DNA of 64,000 bases from positions 6,718,153-6,782,152 of the forward strand of contig CAJINV010000005.1 in the NCBI GenBank assembly GCA_905178155.1, read 5' to 3'. Each line of letters starts with the position of its first letter. The first letter of the stretch is position 1. Shown here in pieces: positions 24,119-37,200 of the stretch. The notes under the pieces were generated by a model. The model worked only from the letters and a program-made list of their open reading frames with translations, was not told the origin of the DNA and searched no databases. The position numbers and the translations under genes were made by a program. The DNA is from Amoebophrya sp. A120. Taxonomy: Eukaryota > Protista > Dinoflagellata.

Positions 24119-25335
24119 GGCCAATATACTGGATGCAGCTGCGAGCTCAGATTTCTGTTCTTTCTCATTGTTTCTACCGGTGTGTTTATTAACTTTACTG
24201 CCGACCGACCGCTACACTTGTTTGAGACCCCGGACCTGTACAACTTCAATGACGTATGAGAAACTACCATGCCTGAACAAGAGCTTTTTTTTGTCCGTGA
24301 AAGAACAATCGCCCCTCTACCAGGACCACATCCATTCCTTCCGCATCCTAACCTTCCCGGAAGATTGCTGTCCGAAGACGGATTTGTTTTCGCAGTAAAG
24401 GACGATAGTTTGTGGCGGGGATGGAATTTAGGAGTTTACTTTACGGATCAACAAATGGATGAAAACGTTTTGACGCGACCACTTGCGGCGGGACCGGGAG
24501 GGGTTGACTCTTACTGACACGAATTGCAGTGTACTAGAACTACTACTATGATGAATAAAATGAACTCAGCGATAAGGAGCAGATGATCTATTGAGTAAAC
24601 TTACGAAAGAACTACGGCTTCTCAGGGAATCATTGAATCGGAAATGTCGTGCTGACGTATGGAAGGTTGATTTTTAAATACGTGTAGACAGAAGTTTCAG
24701 TTTCCCTTTACCTTTCTTGCTTTTGTTATTCTTGCGGCAAATTGTTTGAATCCAATTTCCAAATCCAATCGATTTACTTTATGCATTTAAAACAGGACAA
24801 TGACAGTGACAGAGTTTGCACAGATGTTTCTTCTTGAGCTTTTGTTTCACAAAAAAATGCGACGAGTCTGCGCACGCGCTGGTGGTTTCGCTCTGAGAAC
24901 TTAATCAGCTGTCGTCGCTCGTGGTACTTTTCCCCGTCGGGTTCCTCACCTCTGTTCGTGGTCGGGAATAAGGTTTCGTTTCCCGCGTTGTGTGGTTGTT
25001 TTACGCCGGAACGATATATTCGGCGCACTCTTTTTCGGAAAGAAGATGGGAAATGAGCAACACTAGCGGTTTCCACCAGTTGCACTACTACTTGTCGACG
25101 CAGAATAGGTGAGGAACGACACAGATGAATTGTAGAGAGAAGAGCCGAAGAGGAGTGAAGTGTCTGTTTTGCGTACACTATTGTCTGGTCGCGCAATGAA
25201 CACCCATATGCCTGAGGTCCAGCCAGGCAGAGGAGAAGGAAGGTCTTTTATTCTCCTTCAGAACAAGTGCTAGCTGCACGTGCTGTATCTAAAAGATAAG
25301 AAGCAATACCGTACATCAACAATCAAACAGAACAA

Positions 25336-28300
25336 ATGGTGTCCAGTGGGGGTCCTCCAGGTGGCGCCGGCGGCCGGCGGGAATTCGGGCTTTCTGCGGA
25401 GCACAAAAAGCGTCTGATGAAGCGCACGGCCATATTGCAATGGAAAATCCCCCCTCGTCCCCATATCGAAGCGAAGTTCCTGATGCTGGATTTGCTATAC
25501 ACAAATCGGATCTCTCTTGCAGTCGAGGACAGCAGCAGGCCCATATCAAGCCCGAGTAGAGAGGTGCTGGCCTAGGTGCTTAGCATGAAAAACGTCTTTG
25601 CTGTAGGGCCAATAGCATCACAAACCGCCTAGATAATGCTGCGGGGCCTGTGGGGTTGCCTTCTTGCAAGACAGAGACGATTGTTGGTCACAAATCAGCA
25701 TGGCAAATTTTCTGAGGTGTGCCTTTTTGATATGGGGAGGGGGGGTTTTGCCTTACGATAGGCCAGTCGGGTTTTCGAGCAGGACGAGATCGCCGCGAGC
25801 GCCGAAATCGCTAACGGCAACGTGCAAGGGACGACGACGAAAAACGGGCGGAGCAAGTCCAGCTCGTGGATGCGAAAAATCCGGAGTTTCGTCACGTTGA
25901 CCACGTCAACATCAAAAGCTTCGTCCGCCGCGGCGGGAAAAAAAGTGAGGCCGGCACCATGCACTGTTGGAGGTGACGGAAAAGTCGAGGCTGCAACGGG
26001 GAAGAGGTAGAATTCTATACAAAAGTGTTTTCACGCTAGTACAAGACAACTACATTCACTTGCAGATTTCGTTTGTTACGACACGGAGGATTTTTCGTGC
26101 GTCAGTTTTCCAGTTTTCCAATTTATTTGGTCCACGATGAAATGCTAATATGACAGAAATAACAAAATCACAAAAAAGGTCTTCTCCGCGCCAACCCGAG
26201 GTCGCAGCGGGTGCTGATTGTATGCTGTTTGAAAAAACAAGTCTTCATCTGTCGCACGACGGCGTTATGCAGAATGAGAGTCATTTCATTTTCTTCATGT
26301 CTACAGCTTTCCACCCGCATAGTTCCACTACTAGCATGGACACAGCTAACGTGCGGGAACGGCAACGGGAAATAGATACTAGATGAGGGGTGTTGCGCGT
26401 TCTTGTGTGTTAGAACTTGCGTTGTCCTGATATACACTACAACAATGCTGCCTTCGTGAACAGTCATCAGAATTTTCATCTTCATAATACCTGTCCGAAA
26501 GGCAAGCGCGGACGACAAGCACGGCGAGGAAGCCAAGCAAGGCGGAAACGAGGAGGATATTGCAGTGAAAGTGAACACGACAAAAACGAAATTCTATTTC
26601 GGCTGCGACGAAGAATGCGACGAAACCTACTGAGGTATGTTTTTCATCAGCGCTTGTGTCTGTGTGTGCCAGATGGTGCCTCACAACTTGTGGGTGTGAT
26701 ACATCATCAAAAGCTAGTACAGCAGCGTCCAGTGCAACATGTTTCACAGTATTGGAGTCGTATCCGAGGTGAATCTACGACGTTTTTTCAATCCCTTTCC
26801 CTTTCCATACCCACCCCCGCTCTCCCTACCGCCACCTCCCGACCCGGTTTCGGCGTGTTTGGCAGATCCGGCTCCGGTTTCGAAAAATTTCAAAACTCCA
26901 TGCAGAATATGAATTGCAAAAGTTGCCTCGTATTAGTAGCGATTGCATTACAAATCTCCTCAGCATGAAAAATGAAATGCGGATTTGCCTTAACCTTGTC
27001 CTTGAGAATACTAGGATTTGTAATGCCTGCCTACGATTAATACTATCTTCTACGAGTGAAATACTTTTGCAATGCATACAGAAAGACATCGTCGCGCCGG
27101 TTCACGTGACGGGCGAGGAGGCGAAGATTTTGCGGAAAATATCAAGAAGAAAAATCCTCCCTTCCCATATCAAAACGGAAATCTGTGATGCAGTAGAACT
27201 GTGGTCACTAATCAGCTTTGTCATGCTAGAAGGGAAGAGATGCGGACTGTGGTGCTTGTTGGCGTGGGAAAGCCCTGTATTTTCAGCATGACAGGAGGCA
27301 GCTGGAAGTGGGAAACAGCGCGACAAGTTGCCTGCGAACGAGGCCACAGCTGCGGCTTTTGGCCTTCTAGCATTACAAGCCGACTTGTGTACTCAAATAC
27401 AGCATCACAAACTTCGTCTTCGACATGGGGAGGGGGGATTTTTCCTTTTCATAGAAAAACCTACGCATGATGAAGAACAAGCGGTCCGCTATGACCTGCT
27501 CAAACGTTACAATCTCAAACCTTACAATAGAGTCTCGGACTTGTCTTGCACTAATGAGCATGACAGACTCGCAGACCATTCCACCTTCTGCAACACAAAT
27601 TTCGGCAGATTGTAGTGCAGTTTGGGACTCCGAAACTTGTCTTGCGCAGTCCACCTATGAGACTTGGCTAGATCATGCACTTTCTGCATCACAGATTTCC
27701 ATCAAATTCTCTTCTTGTGACGTTTGAGATTGTAACGTTTGAGCAGGTCATATCCGCGTCCATGCCGGTGGTAATTCGCCCGGAGACGGCCCCAGACTTG
27801 CTTTCCTTCGGCGGGGACGAGATGAACTCAGTCTTCTTGCGGGATTTGATGTCTGCTTCCGGTGGTCAGGAGCAAGAGAAACTACGCAAAATGCAGGAGC
27901 AGGCCAGCAGCAGAAACACAGTCGACCGCAGGACATTTTCTTCAGCGAGTTTGAAAACTAGTACTGATTTTGAACAGCTGTTTCAGATTGAGGTATCGTA
28001 CGAAAAAAGTGTTTCACTGTAAGGATTTTGCAAGTTTGGCATGACAAGCTCGTTACACATGACAGGGAAAACTTGCCATCCGAGGTTCCTAAGGGAAAAC
28101 ACAGCTAAAAATAGCCTGTCTTGCATGTGTAGCAAGACAAACACTTCTGAGATGCAGTTTCTGCATTACAAGTTTACAGTGAAACAGTTTTTTCTTGCGA
28201 TATGAGGAGGAGAAAATGCAGCAGTCCACGGTTTTGATGGAGGAGTACGAATTTAATGACGAGGACGTGGAGCATATCGCGAATAAAAAACTGTTTCGCT

Positions 28301-29990
28301 GTAAACTTGTGATGCATAGAACGGAATGCAAATGTGTTTGTCTTGCTACACATGCAACACACGGGATTTCTAGCTGTGTTTTCCCTTAGGAAGCACGCAT
28401 GCCAAGTTTTCTTTGTCATGTGTAACAAACTTGTGTTGCAGATCTTGCAAAATCACCACAGTGAAACAGTTTTTTCGTTGGATAGAGCAGGTCGCGATGC
28501 TGGCGAAGAAGTATCCGGATATAGTACCAATCGAGAATGAGAAAAGCAACACCATTGCAACCACTTCTTCCCGCCCGCAATCCCTACCCTGTGCAAAAGT
28601 CTGTTTAACTTGTAGAATAATTGCATTTTTGAAGAACAAGCGTGATGAGCATGACAGATGTGGTTAGCTACCTGAATCTGCATGAGACATTCCACTGCAA
28701 TTCTTCTTCGAAGAAATTTGCCATGCAATTTCTGCAACACTCGGTTCTTTTGCGATGCATATTCCCGTCCCTGCAACGACTTGGAGCGGTACGACGAGGA
28801 ATTGGTGCTTGTGGACGACGAACCTCCGGAAGTTGTGATGCAGAAAACGAACGATAAAGAAGGGTCCAGCTTTTTTGAAGAAGAAGCAGAAGACACAGAC
28901 GCTGGTGTGGTGCCCTCGGGGAGGACTTGTAATGCTGGTCTAGTAACTACAGCAACACAAGCTGTTGACAACAACGATTCTTCTTCTCCATCTCCTTCTC
29001 CATCCAGCCCCGCAGACGATCCAGATATCCACGACTTTGGGGTCTTTAATACCACGGAGTTTATTCCAGAAGCCCTCCTCCAGGACGGCGGCGTGCAAAC
29101 TACAGAAGAAACTAAGGACGGAGGCGTGCAAACTACAGGAGAAACTAGTACGGGACCACTGTTCGTCGAAGAGGCACTGTTCGACGCCGAAAAGGGAAAC
29201 AACTGCGCAAGGAACACGGAAAATAAAATGCAGACGTCGGATGAAATTACGGCCGTCGTCCCGCAGCAGGACCTCCAATCCGAAGACGAGCACGAGGTCA
29301 ACTACCTGACGGCCCACCAGAAGTCCCAACTGCTAGGAACACTCAAACTCGAGAAACAGCAACAACTCCGTATCGCCCACTGTCCGGAAGACACACGAGT
29401 CGCGATTTTGCCGACGATTGTCGTGGAGAGGGACCACAAGGTGAACAACTTCACGACAACTAGTAGTACCTCCGTGCCTCCTGCTTCGAATTACAAAGCT
29501 GCGTTCTTCCTGAAGCAGTCGTCTACCAGTACTGCTACCGTGTTTAGTGACGCGAGCAGAACAACTTCTTCTTCTACTAGTTGTACAACTGACTGCAGGA
29601 GCTACTGCTACTTCGTCTACTGCGGCCACGATGTCTACCCAGGTAGGGGACATCAATGGAGGTAACAAAAACTACGCCATGGGAACAACCACGACGACTA
29701 CAAAGGCAGCATTTGCTGCCAGCAGCCGAACGAACTCTGCGGATGATTTGGATGGCTCCACGTCGAGAGGAACGTCGCCGACGGACATGCAGTCCTTCTC
29801 CACTGTGACCACCCCGGCGTCGTGTTCTGTGGGCGGAACAAGTGCGTTTTACAATGGCGGGAATAAAATTGTATCCGCAGGAGGAACCATGACGGGCGCG
29901 AGCTTCACCAGCAGTGCGAAGATGTTTACAACTTACGCCGGCACCAGTAGTTTTCAGCAGAAGTTTGTGGAAAGGGTGGTGGAGGTTTGA
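25336..29990 (+). CDS. Hypothetical acidic/Ser-Thr-rich protein with 7 introners plus probable GT-AG introns
   Basis: Frames join across all 7 elements (MQ-KDIVAP, LRK-NLRMMKNKRSA-SMPVV, QIE-EEKMQQ, DVE-QVAMLAKK, PQS-RPCNDLERY); exons in 26007-26770 and the 3' end are unresolved. Confidence 0.7.
25433..25760. mobile_element. Introner family E
   Basis: TATTGCAATGGAAAATCCCCC...CCCCATATC / GATATGGGGAGGGGGGGTTTTGCCTTACGATA; DR GGCCA/GGCCA. Confidence 0.9.
26908..27078. mobile_element. Introner family C-like
   Basis: TATGAATTGCAAAAGT / ACTTTTGCAATGCATA; DR CAGAA/CAGAA. Confidence 0.9.
27140..27453. mobile_element. Introner family E
   Basis: Family-E TIRs; DR GAAAA/GAAAA; close to the copy at 57033. 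Confidence 0.92.
27490..27752. mobile_element. Introner family L
   Basis: Perfect 31-bp TIR TATGACCTGCTCAAACGTTACAATCTCAAAC; DR TCCGC/TCCGC. Confidence 0.95.
27994..28202. mobile_element. Introner family G
   Basis: TATCGTACGAAAAAAGTGTTTCACTGTAA / TTACAGTGAAACAGTTTTTTCTTGCGATA; DR TGAGG/TGAGG. Confidence 0.93.
28275..28484. mobile_element. Introner family G, inverted relative to 27994
   Basis: Interior is the reverse complement of 27994-28202; DR GAGCA/GAGCA. Confidence 0.93.
28585..28761. mobile_element. Introner family C-like (diverged)
   Basis: TACCCTGTGCAAAAG / CTTTTGCGATGCATA; DR ATCCC/TTCCC; frame restored. Confidence 0.8.
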
Positions 29991-30693
29991 GGGGAGCGTC
30001 TTACCGAGATAAAAATTCGAATTTGTTTAATAGCAGACACAGACTTAAAAGTGATACAGATCTGAATCAGAAACTCGAATGAACTGCTTGGTTGCAGAGT
30101 TAGATAGACTTTTGTCACCAGATGAAAGAAGCGTACTTCTACCTCTTATTCTATTGTAACCTAACTTGACTGCGATTTCAATAAGACGAAATATGTTGAG
30201 CTCAGTACTATCAGCGAAGAACTTGTAAGATTTGGTATTTGCTTCAGAATGGTTGTGGAAATAAAATTGATCCGAATGTACAATGCTTCAGACGAATCAT
30301 CCTAAACGAAAACACACCAGCCTTGTCAGCAACTTGCTGCGCCAGAACAACATTGACGGCGTAGGTGACGTTTGTTTGGTAGTTTGGCAGCAGTGAAGCC
30401 AGATAAACGTGAAAGCCAGTTCGGTTTTATTCAGCGGATAAGGTCGTCCCATTGGCGCTGCGTGTGCGCCACTAAAAATCCATGGCACGAGGAAAAGATA
30501 GAGAGAGAAGGCTTGGAAATGAGGTGACGAGAAGAGGAGTCCGCCGTTTGGAGCACCAACAAGTACATCAACACGAGGGAACAACAAGCCGATCCCTCTA
30601 CCTTGGTGAAGAAAAATTTTCAACACACAGCATGAGATTTTAACTTCAGTGTTGCTGAAACCGCAAAGCATCAAATACTAGGAGCAATAAGCA

Positions 30694-33005
30694 ATGTCCG
30701 CCATAATTTCCCCCTTGCTCGGCGACACGGACAACGACCACGTCGAAGATCCGGGTCTTACCGAAATCCTCTCACCACAGAAGCTGTTTGCAAAAAGCAG
30801 CGATAGTAGCAGAGTTGCAGTGAAAGGAGGAGGAAACGAGGCGGCCGATGCTTGTTCTTCGGCTGATAAAGGAAAGATGCAAGATGTCGGCGAGCTGCAC
30901 AAGAAGAACGACGACGCGACACAAGATGACCATCAAGACGCTCTTGCGAAAGAAGAAGTTGTAGAGGCTTACCAAACATTGCGCCAGAAAATTTTTGATC
31001 GGGACTTTCACGGGTTTGGAGAAGTTTTTACGTCTCTCGCAACATCCTCTGCAGCGAAGAAGAACGCAGTTTTGACTACCACCAACGCGTCAGGAAGCAC
31101 GCTTTTGCACGAGGCGGGGTTCAAGGGAGAGGTAAGTGCAACTTCTGGTTAGACAGTTCTGATTCTTGTTTTGAGCTGATCATCATCATGCAAATAAAAC
31201 TGACACACTTTCTGTTGCGTGATATGCTTGTTCCGAGATCATCATGCAGCGCGTGCAGTGCAGAGCAAAAAATCCGACTGTCACTACAGGTGGACATCGT
31301 CAATCTCTTGTTGGATCACAGTGCCGACATTTTTCTCGAAGACCACTGGGGCAGCACTGCCTTGCACCTAGCGGCCAGCTATCCTGTGCAAAAGTATCGT
31401 ACTCGTAGTAATTGCGTTTATGCATTACAAATCTCAATTCCAAGGTAAATCAGCATTACAAATTTACGTTGTAATCATGCTGGGCTAATTTCTTGTAATG
31501 CAATTTATACTAGAAGAAGAAGTGCGATGCTTTTGTATTGCATACCAGCCAAGACCACGCGGAAGTGGTGTTTACCATGCTGGAGAAGACGTACGGGGAA
31601 CAAGGTGAAGATCCCGATGCACCCGATTACGACAAAATGGGACCTGGCGTCGAAGACCATTGTATCGAGTACTTTGTCCTGCAGAAACGGCAAGACGGAC
31701 AGACGCCTTTGGGTTTGGCGGAAGGAACGGAGACGGAGCCTAGGGATGGTGTTTGAAGAAGACGTGTCGGTCGTTGGGTGTCGTGTCTTGTTCAACTGCT
31801 CGTGCAGTCGTACGGGTGTACTTATGTAGTCTATCTCGCTTGTCTTTTTGATAATCGCAGCGGCGGTAAAGTGTTGTGTCTGCTTTTTCCGTCTGTGTGA
31901 TTTTTGTGCAGGGCAGTTGCTTGTACACAACCCCGTACGTTGTAGTCTATGCACGACATCATCACCCCCAGCGAGCACTTCACTTTCCTTTCCCATACCC
32001 CGCATCATCCGAAGGGCAGTGGCGGACGTGCAACGGCGGAGGAAAGGGAACGCCGAAATGAACGGAAAAATCACGACGGCGAATCAGCACCGAGGAAGAA
32101 TGAAAACCACACTCGTATCATCTGCGACGAGAACTTCTTCTGTTAAACAAACAGCTCTTTCCACCTGGAAGATCTTCAACAAATCCGCTCGGGTTCATTA
32201 CCCGGAAAGCCACAAACACAAGCAGCAGTCATTTTTTTCGTTGGAGTTCCTCGACTCCCTCGTCGCGTACACATTCGGATTCGGGGAGGAATTTACTCTC
32301 TTTTCTTCCGACGAGAGAGACGGCGAACAATGCGCAGATGGCGAAGATGAGAAGACAAATTCCTCAGAGCAGCTGCAGATAGATGAACAACAACACCACC
32401 GAGCAGGTCCTGCAGCAGAGGAAATGAAGACCTTGTTGGAAGACCAGGGAAATAAAACTGCTCGGAAACTAGAGAAGGAAAGTACCAATCGCAGAGTCGC
32501 TTTGCAGAAGGAAGAAGAATACAGTGACCACGACCAGCTAGCGACGAGTTTAACTACGGAGGATCCAACCGGCATCAAGGACCACAGGGATGACGATGAT
32601 GTCGCTGACACCCATACCGAAGAAGAAGACCCAAACGACGTGGAAGTAATCCAGTTCTCCGTGCACAAAAGAGAGTTTCTTCTCTTCCGAGTCATCACGT
32701 TTTCCTGCACCGCGGTGTTTTTCTATCAGAGTGCACAACTCACCCTACTCCTCAATTGTATAGCATAGACAGCAATACAAACACCAGCACACGATGAGCC
32801 TACGCATGACAAATTTGCGCACCGATTGTAGTACTGTTTGGGCTTCCCGAATTTGTCATGCAAACAGTGCCACAAGGCAGCGACTGGAATGGGTAGTTCG
32901 CATGACAAATGAGGGGGAGGAGGAGTTGCGCAGTGTCATATTTTCTACTTGCTGTGGGATTTTCTGCAGGGGTTAACGACGCAGCACAGTGGTCACAGGA
33001 GGTGA
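30694..33005 (+). CDS. Ankyrin-repeat protein with probable C-terminal transmembrane helix
   Basis: Spliced: GSTLLHEAGFKGE-VDIVNLLLDHSADIFLEDHWGSTALHLAAS-QDHAEVVFTMLE...DGQTPLGLA (ankyrin consensus). GT-AG introns 31132-31289 and probably 31749-31911. Hydrophobic FLLFRVITFSCTAVFF-YLLWDFL is rebuilt across 32724. Confidence 0.8.
31380..31544. mobile_element. Introner family C
   Basis: Family-C TIRs; DR CCAGC/CCAGC; splits an ankyrin repeat. Confidence 0.93.
32724..32940. mobile_element. Introner family M
   Basis: TATCAGAGTGCACAACTC / GAGTTGCGCAGTGTCATA; DR TTTTC/TTTTC; homologous to 57965. Confidence 0.9.
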
Positions 33006-34266
33006 AAAAGGAAGACGCTGGCAGTTCGCGAGTGGTGCTGTGATTTTCTGTCATCTTCTTGGGGAAAAATGGGGAACGAAAAATAAACCGAAGAAAGGAA
33101 TACTAGATGAAGTTAGCTCACCAACTTGTTTTATGTGCTTTTTGAATAAAGTTCTCCTCGACACCGGGGACACGGAAAAAGGAGCTTTGGCTGACCGACT
33201 GTAAAAGTAAAAGGCAGCAAGAACGGCAATCGCAATCAAGAGTCAGGAGTGCAAGTTAGTAGCGGGCAGGTTGAAGAACAGGCATTTATCTCCGATACAA
33301 AGTGAAGATGAACTGCTACACCAGTTTAAGATGAAAAAAGTAAGAGTGCAGCACGCAACATTTTCAGGCACAAGCACCTGAATTTTCGTCCGTACCGCCG
33401 AAAATGGTGCAAATCCATTTTGGCGTCTGAACATCTCTCGAAAAAAAGTTATCGGTGGTCGTGCATGTGCGAAATTCATGATCATTTTTTTCGGTCGCAC
33501 TTCGTACGTACAAAATTGGATTTTAGTAGGTTTGTGATGAAGCTGCAAGAAGAAACGTCGTGACGAACAAGGTGCCGTCTGCTGTTTTCACGTAAAATTC
33601 GGTTTTGGAAACTGATTTTTCCACATCTCGGTTCCTAGTGGTCCTTCTCGTCGCTAGTCAGTCTCAGTACAGAAAGCCTTCTTCGGTCTCTGAGAGTGCA
33701 ACATTGACGCCGGCTTAGCGTCTTTTCGGTTTATTTCGTCCTCGTTGCTTCATCTTGCGCCTTATTCGGTTGTGAGTTGAAACTACAATGGATTCGGTGC
33801 TTCTGCGTCCAAGTATGCCCGTTGAAGATTCTAAGTCGCAAATAGGCGGAGTCGGCGACCTTGTTGAAGTATAATTTCCCACTCGCCTGATCAACAATTG
33901 CAATTGCTGCAACAGGCTCGCCTTTTTAGAACCCCCATTTTGAGATATTTTGAGCATTTTGCTTTCTTAGTTTTTTTTGTTGCGATCTTTGTTTGTACAT
34001 ATTCATGCTTTTTTTTCCTTTCTCATTTCTTTTTCCTTTCCCCCATGAAAACTTGTCGAGGCGTCTGTAATATCAGCTACTGAGCAGCAGCGGCCTCGCG
34101 GAGGACAACACATGAGGCAGATTTGAGCTGCGCGACCCAGTCGCGGCGCGGGAAAGCTGCACTGCAAGAACGCAGTGGCAGCAGTAGACAGGCCTCTTCT
34201 GCTTTTTCTTGTTCTAGTTTTCTATTTTTTATCAGAAAATTCAAGTTTTTGTTGCGTAAAATTATT

Positions 34267-37200
34267 ATGCCTTTCCGTCTAGCAGCAACTGCAACGAACA
34301 CGACGACCATGGCCGCCCTCCGCACGGAAAGCCTGGGAGCTCCGTCCACCTCTCTGCTCTATGGAGAGAAAAAAGTTCGTCACAATCACTAAGTTGCAGG
34401 TTTTGCATTACAAATTTTTCTAGCATCACAACTCCTCCTTGTATTGCAGAAACACTAGGGAAATCCCTTATGACGTGTGGCTGTGATGCATTTTTATGCA
34501 TGACAGACAATTTTGTGTTGCAAAAATGCCCATGAGTGATCGTGACGAACTTTTTTCTTTTGATATGCTCCGCACTTTCTTCATTGTGACATGGTGTTGT
34601 CTGGGTCACAGTTTTATCCTGTGCAAAAGCATCGTACTCGTACAAATGCTAATGCAAGTCTTGCATTACAAATCTTGTTTCCAACGCAAATCTGCATTAC
34701 AAATTTTATTTCTCATGCTGAGGAAATTTGTAATTGTATTTGTAATGCATATGCATTTATACGAGTACGATACTTTTGCAGTTCATAAGTTTATCCATGA
34801 AGCCGAAGTCGCATGATCACAGTAGACCTGGAATTCTGGAACCAGATCTACCACAGCCTGAGGAAGCCAAAGATGATGTTGATGCGGGTGAGGAACGGAG
34901 AAATTTTGCCGGTAGAACTAGAAGTCTTGAAGATGTTGAAAATAACCCGCTTGTAGTTGACGGGATCAACAAACAGAGGAACTTCCAAGTAGGCGGAAAG
35001 AATGGTAGAAGTGGGGATCACGACGACCACGAGTTGGTGCCAGAGACGTACGAATTTCGTAAAAATTATGCCGGGGCGTCGTCGAGTTCTACCGACAGCG
35101 GAACATCGGACCATGATAACCTTAGCCCGGCAGCGGCACTGCAACTACCTGCTGAAGACCACGATGAATCCCAGCACAGTACTGCTAAAACTAGTACGAG
35201 TTCACCGAGCAGTAGGGATAAAAACCTTGTACAACAAGACGACAATCCGCCGAGGGAATATCAAGGAGTCGACCACCCTTCATCTTCTGGTGAAAATGAA
35301 AATGATTCGCTTTATCCACCCGCAAGCAACTGGAATTTAAACCCTCGTCCAACCACGGAGGAAGACCATATTCAGTCCGTGAACCCAGGAGCGCACCATA
35401 AAGACCCGGACGTCGTGGCGTTTTTAGAATTTTCGATGAACAAGCGGCTCGGGGCGATAGGTGGAGCAACAGCTACATCAATAGGTGGCACATCATCAAA
35501 TGGTGCAGCTCTGCTTCCAGGTGCTGGCGACGAGGTCGGTACAAGAGATACGTTTGAACGGATCCCCGACCCCCGCGACCCGAAAAGGGTGATTAAAGTC
35601 CGGGTGCAGCGCGAGATCGTCTCGGTGGACACGCAGTACAATGCGGACCCAAAAACGGGGCAACTGACCGTGGTGCTCGCGGAGGAGGGCCGTGCGGCCA
35701 GTTGGGACATTGTGAAAAAGACCCGCGCGACAAGCTTCTCCAACAACGCCGCTTTTTCCCGCGAATACGCCCTGCAAACGGTGCCGGCCTACTTCGAGCA
35801 TTTGATCCCTTTCCGGAAATTTATCCAGCAAACGTTTGGCAACAACGTGCAGGTGAAACCGGTTTCCCTGCGGGAGCGGGTGCATATCAAGTGTAAAAAT
35901 TTATGGGTCTGGAAGAATGCTAGGTTTGTCATGCATATTTTCCATGACCCATGATGTCTGTGATGCATGTCCTAGCATCAGAGATTCTGCGAGGGCTGCA
36001 CCTCTTTTGCTGTTCATGCAATACAGATCTTATGTTGATGAGTGCAAAGTTAGCATCACAAGTTACACCCTTCCAGACGCAGACATATTTGCAATGCATA
36101 GTGCAACGTGACGTTCTATTCATGGACGCGATTACGAACCAGTGGCAACCCTGTTACACGTTGACCACGCAATATGGAGAGAAAAAACTTTGTCACAGTC
36201 ACTAACTTGGAGGCTCTACTGCGTTACAAATTTTTTTAGCATCACAGCTTTTCCCTGTATTGCAGAAACACTAAAGGAAATCCCATAGGAAGTATGGCTG
36301 TAGTGCATGTTTACGCATGACACGCATTTTTTGTATTGCAAAAATGCCCATGAGTGATCGTGACGAACTTTTTTTTTTGATACGCAAGGGGATGCGAGTA
36401 TGATGCAGTCCTCCCAACTCGCGCAAACCGTGGAGGAGTGTTCGGAGAAGGTCGTGCGGGCGATTGAGAAAGTGGTGCAGACGGCGGACTTTGTCCCGGT
36501 CGAACCAGTTGCGCCCGGGTCGCTGCCCACCATGGATTGGGACGGCAGTGGGGCGTTGGTGAACCCCGTGATTCAGAACATCCACGTGCAGAAGGCACCG
36601 GCCTACGTCTACGGGACCCCGGCCGACATTGCGGACAACAAAGGCCTGGAACTGCCGAGGGAGACGCCGCTGCGCAAGGAGAAACGGCAATTCTTGGGAC
36701 CTACGTCTACCTGGGTTAGAAACAACTTGCCGGGAGGTACTACTAACTTCTTGTACCAAATTTATTCTTTGCACACTTCGTCGAGTTATGCTTTTATGTT
36801 TGTGACACTGGGGTTTCAGTGGGAGTGGACCCAGATGTACTTAGGGTATTTTTTCATAGAACCATGATTATGCAGCGTAAATTGTATTTTTGTTCATTTT
36901 TCTACCACAGCCGCCACGGCTCCGAAAATCGGCTCTATGCCCACACCGATGGTGGTCGGCCCGACGTTTCAGGACGTGGCGACGCAGCTGCCCGGCGGAG
37001 CAGGACCGGGCATGCAGCCCGCGCCCGCGACACCTTTCGCATCCGGCTTGCCGAACTACATGCAGAGCGGGGGCGTGGTGATGCGGATGCCTGCGCAAGG
37101 GGGAGGAGGAGGTGCAGGTGCAGGTGTCACGGGGCAGCCGGTACATGTACTCCATCCGGGGACTTTGATGCACGCACCGGGTACTAGTACTGGTGGTAGT

